This document shows positions 39,830 through 52,635 of a stretch of 64,000 nt of DNA, piece by piece. The first letter of the stretch is position 1; the number at the start of each line of letters is the position of its first letter. The stretch covers positions 160,332,001 to 160,396,000 of the forward strand of contig OX597815.1 in NCBI GenBank assembly GCA_951406725.2, written 5' to 3'. The DNA is from Octopus vulgaris. Lineage: Eukaryota. Made by a program: the position numbers and the translations under genes. The notes under the pieces were generated by a model. The model saw nothing but the letters and a program-made list of their open reading frames with translations, was not told the origin of the DNA and did not search any database.

Positions 39830-41460
39830 AGTCAAACATTCCCTCTGGCAGGTGATGCAGATGTAGCGAAGACTTTACCTGGCTGGTTGTAATGTCATAG
39901 CTTCTTCTTGTCATATTTTCTTGCCTTTCCATTTCTCCTCTCTCCCTCTGTCACTCCTTTGTGTTCCCTCTTCTATGATGTGTCACCAATCTCCATGGTT
40001 GCTGGCAACCACTTCCCAGTTGCTAATATTGATGTTGCAGGCCTTCATGTCCCTTTTGCAGATATCCTTGTACCGTAAGAATGGTATTCTCTGTAGTGTT
40101 TGTCGTTGGTGATTCTGCCATCTTCCATACAACTAACATATCCAAGCCATCTCATATGTCTTTGTGTGAGGAGTGCAAATATGCTTGGTATTCCTGCTTG
40201 CTTGAGGACATCTTTGTTGGGCACACAACCCTGCCATTTGATGCCAAGGATTTTCTGGAGGCAGCGCAGATGAAAGATATTTAGACAATGCTCTTGGCGT
40301 GTGTATGGCATCCAGGTCTCTCTGCCATACAGTAGAATGCTAAGTACACATGCCTGGTAAATCTTTATTTTCTGGTCTTGGTCAGCTTGTTGTCCCATGC
40401 CCATTTGGAGTGTTGGGTCATCACAGCAGCTGCCGTGCCAATGCATATATTGAGCTCAGCATCAAGGGATAGGTTGTAGGTGATGGTATAGCCAAGATAG
40501 GTAAACTTCTCCACTTCCTGTAGTCTGTGGTCTTTAATATGTATGTTTGATGTGTCTGATATAACCTGATCCATAATGTTGGTCTTCTTGAGGTTGATAA
40601 CTAAGCCAAAGTCGCTACAGGCTTGCTCAAAGCAGTTGATGAGCCTTTGCAGGGCTTCTTCTGAATATGATACCAGAGCAGCATCATCAGCGAAGAGCAT
40701 CTCCTTGATTAGGACACTTCTGATTTTGGTCTTGGCACACAGGCACAGGAGATTGAACAGTTTCCCATCACTTCTTCTGTGCAGAAACACTCCATCGTCT
40801 GATGTCTCAAAGGCATGTGACAGCAGCAGCAAGAAGAGGCCAAATAATGTAGGAGCAGGGATACAGCCTTGCTTTATTCCATTCTTTATTTGAAAGGTGG
40901 CTGATGCTGACCCATTGTGCTGTATGGTGCCTTGCATATCATCATGGAAAGCTTCAATGATCTTCAGCAGCTTTGGTGGACATCTGACTTTTTGAAGCAG
41001 GATGAAGAGGCCTTTTCTACTGACCAAGTCAAAGACCTTTGTCAGATCAATGTAGGCCATATATAATGGCATTTTCTGCTCTCTGGATTTCTCCTGAAGT
41101 TGGACTGCAGGAGACAAGACTCCCCTCAGATGGCAAACTCAAAGAACAAGACTTCCACCTTTTGGCAGGGAAGAGATCCAGAGGAATCTCGTCAGCATGG
41201 TATTAGCTTTGCAGTGAGAAACTCATTACTCTCCTCAATAGAACCACTATCAGAAGGCACTGAATGTATCCTCACTCTGCGCTTCTTAAGCTCTTCTGGC
41301 CCAGTACATCTACTGAGCATCTATGCTCCCATTCTGTGCAGCTCAGAAGAGACCAAGGACCAGTTCAACAAAACTCTGACCTGTGTCATTAGAAATATAC
41401 CAACCAATGAAAACATCTATCTTCTAGGAGATTTTAACACTCATGTGAGATCTGACCATT
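39830..41460 (-). mobile_element. RTE-BovB-like LINE: RT (39830-41100, -) joined to an inverted endonuclease piece (41101-41460, +)
   Basis: LQEKSREQ..YIDLTKVFDLVSR, GIKQGCIPAPTLF, MLFADDAAL, FTYLG; plus strand LQETRL, HGISFAVRNSLL, SIYAP, LLGDFN. Confidence 0.93.
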
Positions 41461-41827
41461 CCATCAGTATTCCTTTTTATTATGAGTGGCTGTGGCTTCT
41501 ACCATATTGTGGGTTCTTATTTCTTTGTCCTCGGGATTATCCTTCTGATGGATTTCATTATAGAGTGTCCTAGCTACAATGTCATGTCTCATCAGTAGAT
41601 AATACCGCGATGACATTTTTGGACAACTGCTTATGATGTGGGTGATATCTTCAGTGTGAACTCCACAAAGTCTGCATCAGCTGTCACACTTTATGGCTTT
41701 ACCAGCATCTCTATCCCTTAAGTGACCATCCCGAAATACAAAAATATATATAAATGTGAATGTCAAATGATGAGAATGGGTGCTCAACAAAGCATTAGTG
41801 GATAGAATTTCTTTATTTGTGTACTAA

Positions 41828-41884
41828 AGCTACAATTGGTTTCATGTTATGAAAAATATCTTAATATAACACATTTTTCAAGCT
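41828..41884 (-). ncRNA. Type I hammerhead-like motif, U3:A8 core
   Basis: Minus strand: agc-TTGAAAA-atgt...acat-GAAA-ccaattg-TA-gct. Confidence 0.55.
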
Positions 41885-42679
41885 GACCACATGGAGGAAT
41901 GGCGTTTGTCTTCATTTTAGATGAAAACACACATCATACATAACTGCACTGAGCATGGTGGTGATATAAAACAAATATTTTTCATTTTCATTGGCAGGTG
42001 GAATGATTTTTTACATACACATGTTGTCCTTATAATGGTCACAGCCTTTCAAAGGAGATAATCATTTTACCATAAAATGGAGCAGGATTAGAATTTTGAA
42101 ATTGAAATGAAGGAATTATAATGAGAAAGGCACATAGAATTCATATATCTGATTTAAAAAAATTTTTTTTTTTTTTTTACTTATTATGAGGTTCTTAAAA
42201 TTCCTAGTAATTGGCAATCCTTTATAACATTAATTCATTCTTTTTAGATATCATCAGCATGAAATAACAAGTAAATTATTAATTAAGCATTTTATGAAGT
42301 GAAACATTTCATTAACAAAGGAAATGATTACTGTCTGGAGGACACTAGTTTATGCAAACACATATATAGGTGTGGTTACAAACACAAACATGGATTAGCA
42401 TAAACATATAGGAAAATGTATGCATTATTTCTGTGTTTGTTCTGTGTATTACTTGTGATACACAGGACATATCTCCCTGGCATTCATGTTTATATATGAT
42501 ACACATTCCCAATTTTTTTTTAAGTAACTTGAGAATTATGAAAGGAAAGCTTTATATCTCTCAGAACGTATCAAACAAGGGCCAACTAAAAGTCTGAAAA
42601 CAAGCATAGACTTTTAGAGCAAACTTATGAAAACTGTTTGGACAGGCAAAGAGTTAACAGTTGTTGTTGTTTGTTTGTT

Positions 42680-42972
42680 CCTTCTTGAGCCATGCCTGGC
42701 TCATAAGGGCCGGTTTCCTGGTTTCTTGGTGTATAGGTTTCCACCTGGATGGGACGCCGGTCCGTTGCAGGTGAGCTGCAAGATGCAAGAGGAAAGAGGG
42801 AGGGAAAGTTGTGGTGGAAGAGTCAGCAGAAGTTTGCCATTACCTTCTGCCGGAACCACGTGGAGCTTAGGTGTTCTCGCTCATAAACACACACATCACA
42901 TGATCTGAGATTCAAACCTGCAATCCCTCAACCATGAATATGCTGTTCTAACCACTAGGTCATGTGCCTCCA
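42680..42972 (-). mobile_element. tRNA-derived SINE, family A variant
   Basis: Tail homologous to 3635-3720; head at the right end. Confidence 0.8.
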
Positions 42973-44119
42973 CAAGAGTTAACAGTGATATTAACACAGC
43001 CTTATTTTAATAAATATACATCTAAAAACTACATACAGTATGTTTAATAAGCACACATTGTAAAAATATATCATCTCAGTGTAAAAATATATAATCTGTG
43101 ATTAAACCACAGAATCTTCTGTAGCTAAGCAAAAGGAACTGCTGACATGTGTTTCATATTACAAGTGTAAAGTAATTTATATGGTGCAAGGTTGACAGCT
43201 AGATATTTAATAACAAAAGCACCTACACAGCATCATTTAAATAAATGTTTATATGGAAATCATATAGAAAATGTTTAACAAATATACATTTACTCTTGCT
43301 GTGAAAATATAATCTGTGATTAAATTGCAGAATCTTTGGTAGCCAAGGGCAAGTAATTGGCTGACACGTGTTTTTATATTTATTAATAATCATCAGAATC
43401 ACTTACCATGCCTCTCAGCAATTGAAGTTATGAGGAACAAATTTTATGAAAAACATAAACTGATATAGTAGCGTATCGTCATATGAATGGTGCAAAAATT
43501 GACGGCTGAGAATTTATTAACAAAAGTGCTATGAAATGTCTTTCATAGGATGACTTCTCCATCATAACTTTTGTAGTTGAGAAGCAGCCCTGAGGATTAT
43601 TAATAAATATGAAAAATGTGTTGGCTGGTTCCTTTCTCTTGACTACCAAATACTGTGGTTAAATCAAAGATTCTATTTTCCCATGTAGACTAAATGTATG
43701 TTTGTTTTACATGATGTAATGATTTTCATATACAGTTTGAATAAGTCAAGATGTTTGGCATAACTTTAAAGTCACTGCCAATGAAATTGTTACACCCCTC
43801 TCCACAGACATACAGTCTCCCTACAGTTTCTATCTATCATATTATTCTTACAAGGCATTGGTTAATACCTGAGGCTTTGCAGAAGACATTTGTTTGTTCA
43901 TAGTACCATGCAAAGAGATCCAAGTGAGAAGAACTTAGTGGTGAAGGAAACTTCTTAACTTCAAAAACATTTAATGTTAATAACTAAACTTTTTAATATG
44001 AGTTAGTGTTAACATATTGTGTATAGAGTATATTAAGAACTAATAAGAAGAAAAATTTAACTTAGGGGTTTTCCCATTCCTTCTTCATATCTCACCCAAA
44101 TCTCATCCAAATCATACCT

Positions 44120-44352
44120 ATTTCTTTTATTACCCACAAGGGGCTAAAAACAGAGAGGGCAAACAAGGACAGACAGACGGATTAAGTCGATTATATCGAC
44201 CCCGGTGCGTAACTGGTACTTAATTTATCGACCCCGAAAGGATGAAAGGCAAAGTCGACCTCAGCAGAATTTGAACTCAGAACGTAACGGCAGACGAAAT
44301 ACAGCTAAGCATTTTGCCCGGCATGCTAACGTTTCTGCCAGGTTGCCGCCTT
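44120..44352 (-). mobile_element. SINE family C, young
   Basis: Homologous to family C, CpGs largely intact. Confidence 0.9.
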
Positions 44353-45434
44353 ATCATCCAAATCATACCATACTGATTTATGCATGTATATATGTATGTC
44401 AGCCAGGAAACTTGTATGTGGTGGTTCGACCTAATAGGAAAATCACCCTCAAATTAACCCAACTATCTTATCTGTCAGTCTGTCTGTCTATCTATCTATT
44501 TGCCTTAGACAGACAGACATAGATAGTCATGTATATGCTAATTGCTGTTGTGTTTGTCACAGGGAAAAACACCTATTCTTTTATGATGAATTTGTGTTCG
44601 TACCACTCTGGATTTATTAGCACTAAGGAATTTGGGATAGCTAGGTGTTTTGACATCATTGAATCTTGTCAGCCAGAAGCACCCTGCTGGATCAATGAAT
44701 CTAATAAGAACTGATGCACTTGTTTGTAAACTTCAGTGAACAAATTATTCAGTGTGTTATGAACCCATATTTGTTGTAAAAGAGAAGCTTTTCTCCTGTG
44801 ATGAAGCACAACAGTGATTAGTATATTCATGTTCAAATCTACTTCGATGTATCTATGTAATAATTTGCTTGTTTGTCCACTCATTATAATTCAGTTAGTT
44901 AAAGAGATGGAGGTGGAGTAAAAGTGAGAGAAGAGAGGAGTGAAGAAAAAAGAGAGGAATAAGTAGACAAAGGTGATTGATATTAATACATTTAGGTCAA
45001 CTGGAGGGAGAGGTGAAGAATGAGAGAAAAAGAGGGAGCAAGAAGTGTTAATGATGTGGAGTGGGGTGGGGAAGGAATACTTATTACATGGTTAAAAAGT
45101 TAGCCAAAGGGAAAGGTAAAAAGAAAGAGATATGTTTAGGATACAATATGTAGCAAAGAATGATTTTCTGCTGGTGAGGTTAAAGAAAGGTAGAAAGAGA
45201 GAGATGGATATGAGAGAGAGTGAGAAAGGCAGATAGTATTTGTAATGTCAGTGTAGAGATACCTCATCAAACAAAGAGCTGAACTAAAATGAGCTTTGTT
45301 ACTGAGAATTATAGTGATGATGATGATGATGATAGTAGTGGTGGTGGTGGTGGTGGTGGTGTATTGATTGTGAACAGTTACAGGAAGATATAATAAGATA
45401 AAAAAGTCAACACTGACAGAGACATAAGAAAATG

Positions 45435-45660
45435 AATTCTTTTACTTGTTTCAGTCATTTGACTGTGGCCATGCTGGAGCACCACCTTTAGTTGAGCAAA
45501 TCGACCCCAGGGCTTATTCTTTGTAAGCCTAGTACATATTCTATCGGTCTCTCTTGCTGAACTGCTAAGTGACAGGGATGTAAACACACCAGCATCGGTT
45601 ATCAAATAATGTTGGGGGAACAAACACAGACACACAAAAATATACATACATATATACATG
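45435..45660 (-). mobile_element. SINE family B 3' half
   Basis: Reverse tail. Confidence 0.88.
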
Positions 45661-45779
45661 AGACCCTGGGTTTATGAGCTTTTATGTGTTTTATTTTCTG
45701 TTTACGAGTTTTTCCTTTATGAACATTCTCTGGGAATGAATTAACTTGTATATCGATGTATTACTGTATATATATATAT

Positions 45780-45920
45780 AGACTGTCAGATTGATGTAGA
45801 TGCCTCTGGATAGTTGGTTGGTCAGGTAACATCGTTAGAAGTTCATCCAATGTTTTTTTTAAATGGCAGTGCCCCAGCATGGCCACCGCTCGTGAGCTGA
45901 AACTAGATGAAATAAAATAT
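45780..45920. mobile_element. CR1/L2-like LINE terminal fragment with inversion
   Basis: Minus strand LKKTLDELLTMLPDQP (resembles the FKxxLDxxLxxxPDxP C-terminal motif) joined to the plus-strand tail ggcagtgccccagcatggcc...gctgaaac. Confidence 0.5.
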
Positions 45921-45970
45921 ATATCAATTTGTGTGTGTGTGTAGAAGGCTGAAAAAGAATGCACAAGTTG

Positions 45971-46150
45971 ATATATATAGAAAAAAAGTCAAGGCAGAAA
46001 ATGCTAAAATAATTTTATAAAAACCCTTTCAGTACCGGTTCTAGTCATTGAAACTTTTTCAACTGTAACAGCTGAAAAAGTCTCAATGACTGAAACTGGT
46101 ACTGAAAGGTTTTTCATAAAATTATTTTAGCATTTTCTACCTTGACTTTT

Positions 46151-46162
<12 letters not shown>
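45971..46162. repeat. ~190-bp palindrome of two head-to-head hammerhead-bearing arms
   Basis: Arms 45971-46065 and 46069-46162 with a 3-nt spacer; motifs at 46030-46065 (-) and 46069-46104 (+). Confidence 0.85.
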
Positions 46163-46196
<34 letters not shown>

Positions 46197-46222
46197 TTAC
46201 ACAGAGTGAGAGAGAGAGAGAG

Positions 46223-46344
46223 AGAAGTAACAGAGTGACTCAAGGTCCAAGAGAGTCAGGTGTTGGCACTTATCAAATCAGTCTGTTAGTTTGATAAATG
46301 CCAACATACGAAACTCTCGAACCTTGAATCACTCTGTTACTTCT
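46223..46344. repeat. ~120-bp palindrome of two head-to-head hammerhead-like arms (second family)
   Basis: Arms 46223-46277 and 46290-46344; plus motif agt-TTGATAA-atgccaacatac-GAAA-ctc..gaaT-C-act at 46288-46333. Confidence 0.75.
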
Positions 46345-46414
46345 GCTAAATATTAATAAAAATATTTATCTACTCATACTTTGAGTTCTATTTTTCCTCT
46401 TTGCATCAATGTAC

Positions 46415-46465
<51 letters not shown>

Positions 46466-46994
46466 CACACACACATACACACATGTTTATTAAAATTAAA
46501 CATATTAAATACATATATATATATATATATATACATCTATCAGTCAGAGTGCAAGCATGTATGCAAGTGTGTGTACTACACACACGTGCACACACACACT
46601 TGCAAGCTTTATCAACTTAGATACTGACACCTTAACAATAAACTAATACATTGAATTTTGATTACCAGAGGAAGACAGTTTCTTTTCTTCATATCACTAA
46701 TGTCTTTAAAAATTTTTGATCTCCTGTCTATGTGAAAAATCAATATTAGATTAAGATATAATATTTTCAATTTAAATATATATACACTGTATGTATGTAT
46801 GTAGAATGTATTTTAACACATATATCTGTGTTTACTTATACACAAAAAGGGCAAATAATATGATCTTTCTTTCTATATGTAAATATCTCTACGAATGAGA
46901 TCATAAAACACTGTATTTACCTTCAAATTTCCAATATTTTTGTTTCCTGCCTCCCCAAGAGAATGTTCAATAATGTAGAAATGCACATCCATTC

Positions 46995-47223
<229 letters not shown>

Positions 47224-47852
47224 AAACAAGTTAAAAATAATGGTCATTACCTATTTTCCCTTTATTGGAGCAAATTTGGCTTACAGCTGTTTCCAGTAGT
47301 CATTATAAGTATCAGGTTTATTCAATTGATCTATTGACCAATTGGGAGAAAATTAATGCTGCTTTCCTCAGAACGATTTCTGGTTATAACAAGCAGAACA
47401 CTGAAGGAATGGTGATTGTATAGGGAAGGTGGGAGGAGAAGATGGAAAGATGCAAGTAGTATAGAGAAAAGAGGAAGACAGGTTAAAAAGGAGCGAAGTC
47501 AGTCAGTCATACATGTGTGTGTATGCTGAAGTCCGTGTTTCTCCTTCACTGTCTCTTGACAGCTGGCATTGGCTTGTGCTTATGATCCCATAACTTAGTG
47601 GCTCAGCAAAATTGACTGGTAGAATAAGAAACAGGTTTTAAAAAGATAAGCGCTGGGATGATTTAGTTGACTAAAATTCTTCAAAATGGTGTTCCAACAT
47701 GGCAGCAGTCAAATGACTGAAACAAATAAAAGATAAAAGAAAGATATATAAATACACACAAGTAAGCATATAAATGCAAAACCAGGTGAAGAAAAAATAG
47801 TACTCAAATACCAAAGGTAGAGTAATACGATTTTATTAAAGCTGCAAAATTT

Positions 47853-47904
47853 TCACAAAACTGTTACTCAGAGTTTCACTTATCCATTTATCAAACAGTT
47901 GTGA
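47853..47904 (-). ncRNA. Type I hammerhead-like motif, U3:A8 core
   Basis: Minus strand: tcac-aactgt-TTGATAA-atggataagt-GAAA-ctctgag-TA-acagtt-tt-gtga. Confidence 0.7.
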
Positions 47905-47907
47905 TAA

Positions 47908-47965
<58 letters not shown>

Positions 47966-47966
47966 A

Positions 47967-47999
<33 letters not shown>

Positions 48000-48000
<1 letters not shown>

Positions 48001-48343
48001 AGCATAGGAGTGGCTGTGTAGTAAATAACTTGCTTATGAACCACATGGTTCCGGGTTCAGTCCCACTGCATCGCACCTTGGGCAACTGTCTTCTGCTATA
48101 GTCTCGGGCTGACCAAAGCCTTGTGAGTGGATTTGGTAGATGGAAACTGAAAGAAGCCCATCGTATATATGTATGTATATATATATGTATGTGTGTGTGT
48201 GTTTGTGTGTCTGTGTTTACGTCCCTGTAACTTAGCGGTTCGTCAAAATAGACCAATAGAATAAATACTTGACTTACACAGAATAAGTCCTGGGGTTGAT
48301 TTGGTCGACTAAATGACTAAAACAAGTAAAAGAGTAAAAGAGA
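48000..48343 (+). mobile_element. SINE family B
   Basis: Homology; further pieces at 47530-47740, 48360-48490 (-) and 49970-50200. Confidence 0.88.
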
Positions 48344-50754
48344 ATATATATATATATGATGAGCTTATTTCAGTTTCCATCTACCAAATCCACTATCAAA
48401 GCTTTCACTGTCCTGATATAATTGTAGAAGACATTTTTATCCAACCTTCCATTCAGTGGGAATGAACCTAAAACTGCATGGTTTAGAAGCAAATGTTTTG
48501 CTCAAGAATACAATGCATTGCTCAATTCAGAAATTGATACCCCAAACTTACGATTCCATGCAGTACTCTAACCACTAAGTCATGCATCTCCACACACAAA
48601 ATCACACTCACACACACACATGCATGATGCAAAAGCAGATATATACAGTTTCATACATATATATGCAAGCACATACCCAATCAAATCAATGTATTCTTTC
48701 CTCTTGATCTGACTGAAGGCAATTGGAAATGATTTATCAATAACATGCAATTACTCAGAGAAAATATTGAAAAATTATTCCTGGATAAAAACTAGGAAAA
48801 TTGTCTACCTATTCTGATTGTTACTATTACTTTCTTTTAGTTATTATTCTGCAGTAGCTGGCTAAATATCATATGTTCACTCACACATCAATTTATGGAT
48901 CCCATATCCACCTGCTTGCAACATCACATTTTTCATTCTCTGTTAATATTAAGATACAACCACTCACAGGAAATGGTGTATTTTCTCTCTTTAATCATCT
49001 CAACAGAAAGTTGTGCAATCCAGGATATAAAACAGATGATTAAAGTTAAGCCAACATGTCACTTTTGATTTGGGAAACACCTAATAATTTGGTCTGTGTT
49101 TAGGTTTGGAAATATATTGTAATCTCATGTATCGAAAACTACTATGTTTAAGCTTCCTGTTGGAGACTAGCAGTGTAAAGTTTTCTTTTAAACGAATGTG
49201 CTTAAATTTATTTCAGATAATACTGGAATGTCATTTCTCAAATTGGGAATATGATGAAATGCTTTTATAATCTTTGAACTGTAGAGAAATTAAAACTTAC
49301 CATACTACTTATCTCCTTGGAGATTGATGTCTATAGAATTTTAGGCTCAACCAAAGTCAAAACAGGATCTGTCAGTTGTAGTAGATACATAGATGATGAC
49401 ATATGAATGTCTTGAATAGAAAGCTCTTATAACCTCAATGCATACTACTTTGCATGTAGCACCAATCTTTCCAATATCAATATTTTCATCGACAATAACT
49501 CCTACAAAAGCATGTGTATAATGTCAAGAGAGATTTGCCTGAATAATAGATTACAGCTGTTTAATTTTGTATTTCTTTAAAGATTGAATAAACATGAACT
49601 TGTCCTAGCTGCTTAGCTTGCTACATGTAATACTATTCAGTTTATTGCACAACAGGAAATCAGACAGGAGCGCAATTTAACAATGCTTTCTTTACTGATA
49701 GTATTTCACAGGAATCATCAGCAAATATCTTCAATTGTTGATAATTTAATTAAGGTATTTGGCTGTTTTATTTTTATATTGCATTCTCTAAGACACAGAC
49801 ATATGAAGTTTAAATTGATATGGATATTTACATGGATGGACTCTATTTATGATTAAATGTTCAGTCATGTTGACCAGGCACACCTGATGCAGATAAGCTC
49901 TTTACAGCACACACACACACACACACACATACACACTAGTGATATGCAATTGTTTTAAGAAAATAATATAGGTACAGACATGGCTGTCTGATCAAGAAGT
50001 TTGCTTCCTAGCCACATGGTTTTGAGTTCAGTTCCATTGCAAGTCACCTTAGGCAAGCCTCTTTTACTATAACTCCAGGCTGACCCAAGCCTTGTGAATG
50101 AATTTTTGTTAGAAACTGAAAGAAACCTGTCATGTGTGTGTGTGTATGTGTGTATGTATATATGATTTGGTAGACAGAAAATGAAAGAAGCCCATTGTAT
50201 ATATATATATGCCATCTTGAAACCTGTTTCCTTTAATACACTTCCGCCTTCTCCAAAAATCCCTCTTCCGGACAACTTTTTACTTAGAAGGCAACCCACA
50301 ACATGTGCTCTCTCTCTCTCTCTCATTCATCTACCTCATCTACCAGCTATATAATCCCGTGCACAGATAAGTTTGAATGCCTATTTTCACTCCTAGACTG
50401 ATCATACATGTTTCTCTATCTATCTAACTATTTTATCTGATTTCTATCTATTTTGTCTGATTTGTTCATTTCTCCTCTCGTCTATGATCGACCTTCGTGT
50501 ATCACGGTGCACCCGCCCTGCCCACCCCCACCACCAATACCGGATATCTCTATTTTTGCTCCATCTATACCGGATGTCGCTTCTCCCACCACCATTATAG
50601 GTGTCTACTCTTCGAACCCCCTCTTCAATACGCTATTTTACCATGCATTACCCCTCTCTTGATATCCTACGTTCTACTTGCCTACAACCTGTCATCATTT
50701 CTCTGAACCACCCCTCCCCACTGGTGCTCCCCTATATTCCTGCACCCCCCCCCA

Positions 50755-51025
50755 CATAAAAAGCACCATCCGAACGTGGCTGATGCCAGACCCCTCTGGC
50801 ACCTGTGCAGGTGGCACGTAAAAAGCACCCACTACACTCGCGGAGTGGTTGGCGTTAGGAAGGGCATCCAGCTGTAGAAACACTGCCAGACCAGACTGGA
50901 GCCTGGGGCAGTCCCTAGCTCCCCAGACCCCGGTCAAAACCGTCCAACCCGTGCTAGCGAGGAAAACGGACGTTAAACGATGATGATGATGATGATGATG
51001 TTATATACATGTGTGTGAGTGTGTG

Positions 51026-51061
<36 letters not shown>

Positions 51062-51865
51062 TGTATCTTGTGGTACCAGTGCCGGTGGCACACAAGAAAA
51101 CCATCCGAACGTGGCCGTAGCCAGTACCGCATCGACTGGCCTCCGTGCTGTGGGCACGCAACAAACACCACCCGATCGTGGCCGTTCGCCAGCCTCATCT
51201 GGCACCTGTGTCGGTGGCACATAAAAACACCATCCGAAGACCCGGCAAGACTAGTCAGGCCATAACCCGTGGCCTCTACCTGGGACGTAGTCAGTCCACC
51301 TGTGCATACCTTCCTTCTTGTGACACTTGTGAAGACCTGTTGAGGCAAGTGAAAATCAAATCAAATCAAAACAAATCAAAATAGATGAACATCAATGGAA
51401 TTTGTATCTTTGTAAAATTAGTGCCGGTGGCACACAAGAAAATCATCCGAACGTGGCCGTAGCCAGTACCGCATAGACTGGCCTCCGTGCTTTGGGGACG
51501 TAACAAACACCATCCGATCGTGGCCGTCCGCCAGCCTCATCTGGCACCTGTGTCGGTGGCACATAAAAACACCATCCGAGCGTGGCCGTCTGCCAGCCTC
51601 GTCTGGCAACTGTGTCGGTGGCACATAAAAACACCATCCGAGCGTGGCCGTTCGCCAGCCTCGTCTGGCACCTGTGTCGGTGGCACATAAAATCACCCAC
51701 TACACTCTCGGAGTGGTTGGCGTTAGGAAGGGCATCCAGCTGTAGAAACACTGCCAGATCTGACTGGCCTGGTGCAGCCTTCGGGCTCCCCAGACCCCAG
51801 TTGAACCGTCCAACCCATGCTAGCATGGAAAACGGACGCTAAATGATGATGATGATGATGATGAT
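50755..51865 (+). mobile_element. Two young GC-rich RTE-type 3' UTR/tail insertions with ~62-bp tandem modules
   Basis: 50755-51000 and 51065-51865, both ending ggcgttaggaagggcatccagctgtagaaa...ggaaaacggacg..(GAT)n like the RTE at 37925; 62-bp period at 51554/51616/51678. Confidence 0.85.
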
Positions 51866-51959
51866 AGTAAGGAAAAATTTTTTTAAAAATGCAGAATGCT
51901 CAAATGAAAGAAAATTTTAATAAAATGAGAAAATGATAAAATATATAAATATATATATT

Positions 51960-52000
51960 TATTCAACCGGTTTTCGTCAATGTATGACTTGTCAAGAATA
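51960..52000 (-). ncRNA. Minimal type I hammerhead-like motif in the 3' pLTR (sense to the ORF), U3:A8 core
   Basis: tattc-TTGACAA-gtca-tacat-tgac-GAAA-accggtt-gaata. Confidence 0.75.
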
Positions 52001-52635
52001 TTTATGTTTTAAGAAGTTTTTTTAAAAATTAGAAAGGGGAAAAAAAGAAAATTGCAATGTTTTTTGTAAAAGAATAATGATAAAAATGTACAAAAATTAA
52101 AAAATAAGTTCTCCGATACATTGTGAGTTCGTTGTGTATCTTGAGTTTTATGGTTGTTTACCAAAAAATTACCTTGAGGTGTTAAGATCCAAAGGGATTA
52201 AGAGCATGTGATGTGTTGTGTTGTTAAATTCAGCATGTTGCAGGACAGGAAGTAGTAGTAATTGTGGTCCTGGTTCTTCAGTTCCTGTGTTGTGAGTAAG
52301 GGGAGACAACTCTTTTGAGTTCTTCAATAAAACCCAAATTATAAAACTATCATTTTAGCTTCATTTGCATTATCTTTTTTATATAATTGCTTGTTAACTT
52401 AACTTTCAGATTTTAACACTTTATTTATATTATTTTCTAATAATATAAAACTGCATAGACAATTGCATTTCAAATTGTCATATCATTTATAATAAAAATG
52501 ATAGTAGTAACAACAACAATAGTGAAAATGATATTTAAAGAATATAAGTTTTAGCTTGAAGTGGTGAATGCATGGTATCTTTATATATTTGTGTTAGTCC
52601 ATCCATGAAGAGTGAGGTAGAGAAAGGAAGTTTGA

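Noticed and set aside
43080-43530. Old, diverged tandem duplication of ~200-300 bp
   Set aside because: No coding or structural signal.
47275-47400. Minus strand gaaacagctgta with palindromic stem III
   Set aside because: Upstream core not identifiable; at best a decayed relic, not counted.
49300-49501. Minus-strand segment with ttttgtag acceptor and gtaagt donor
   Set aside because: Stops in all frames.
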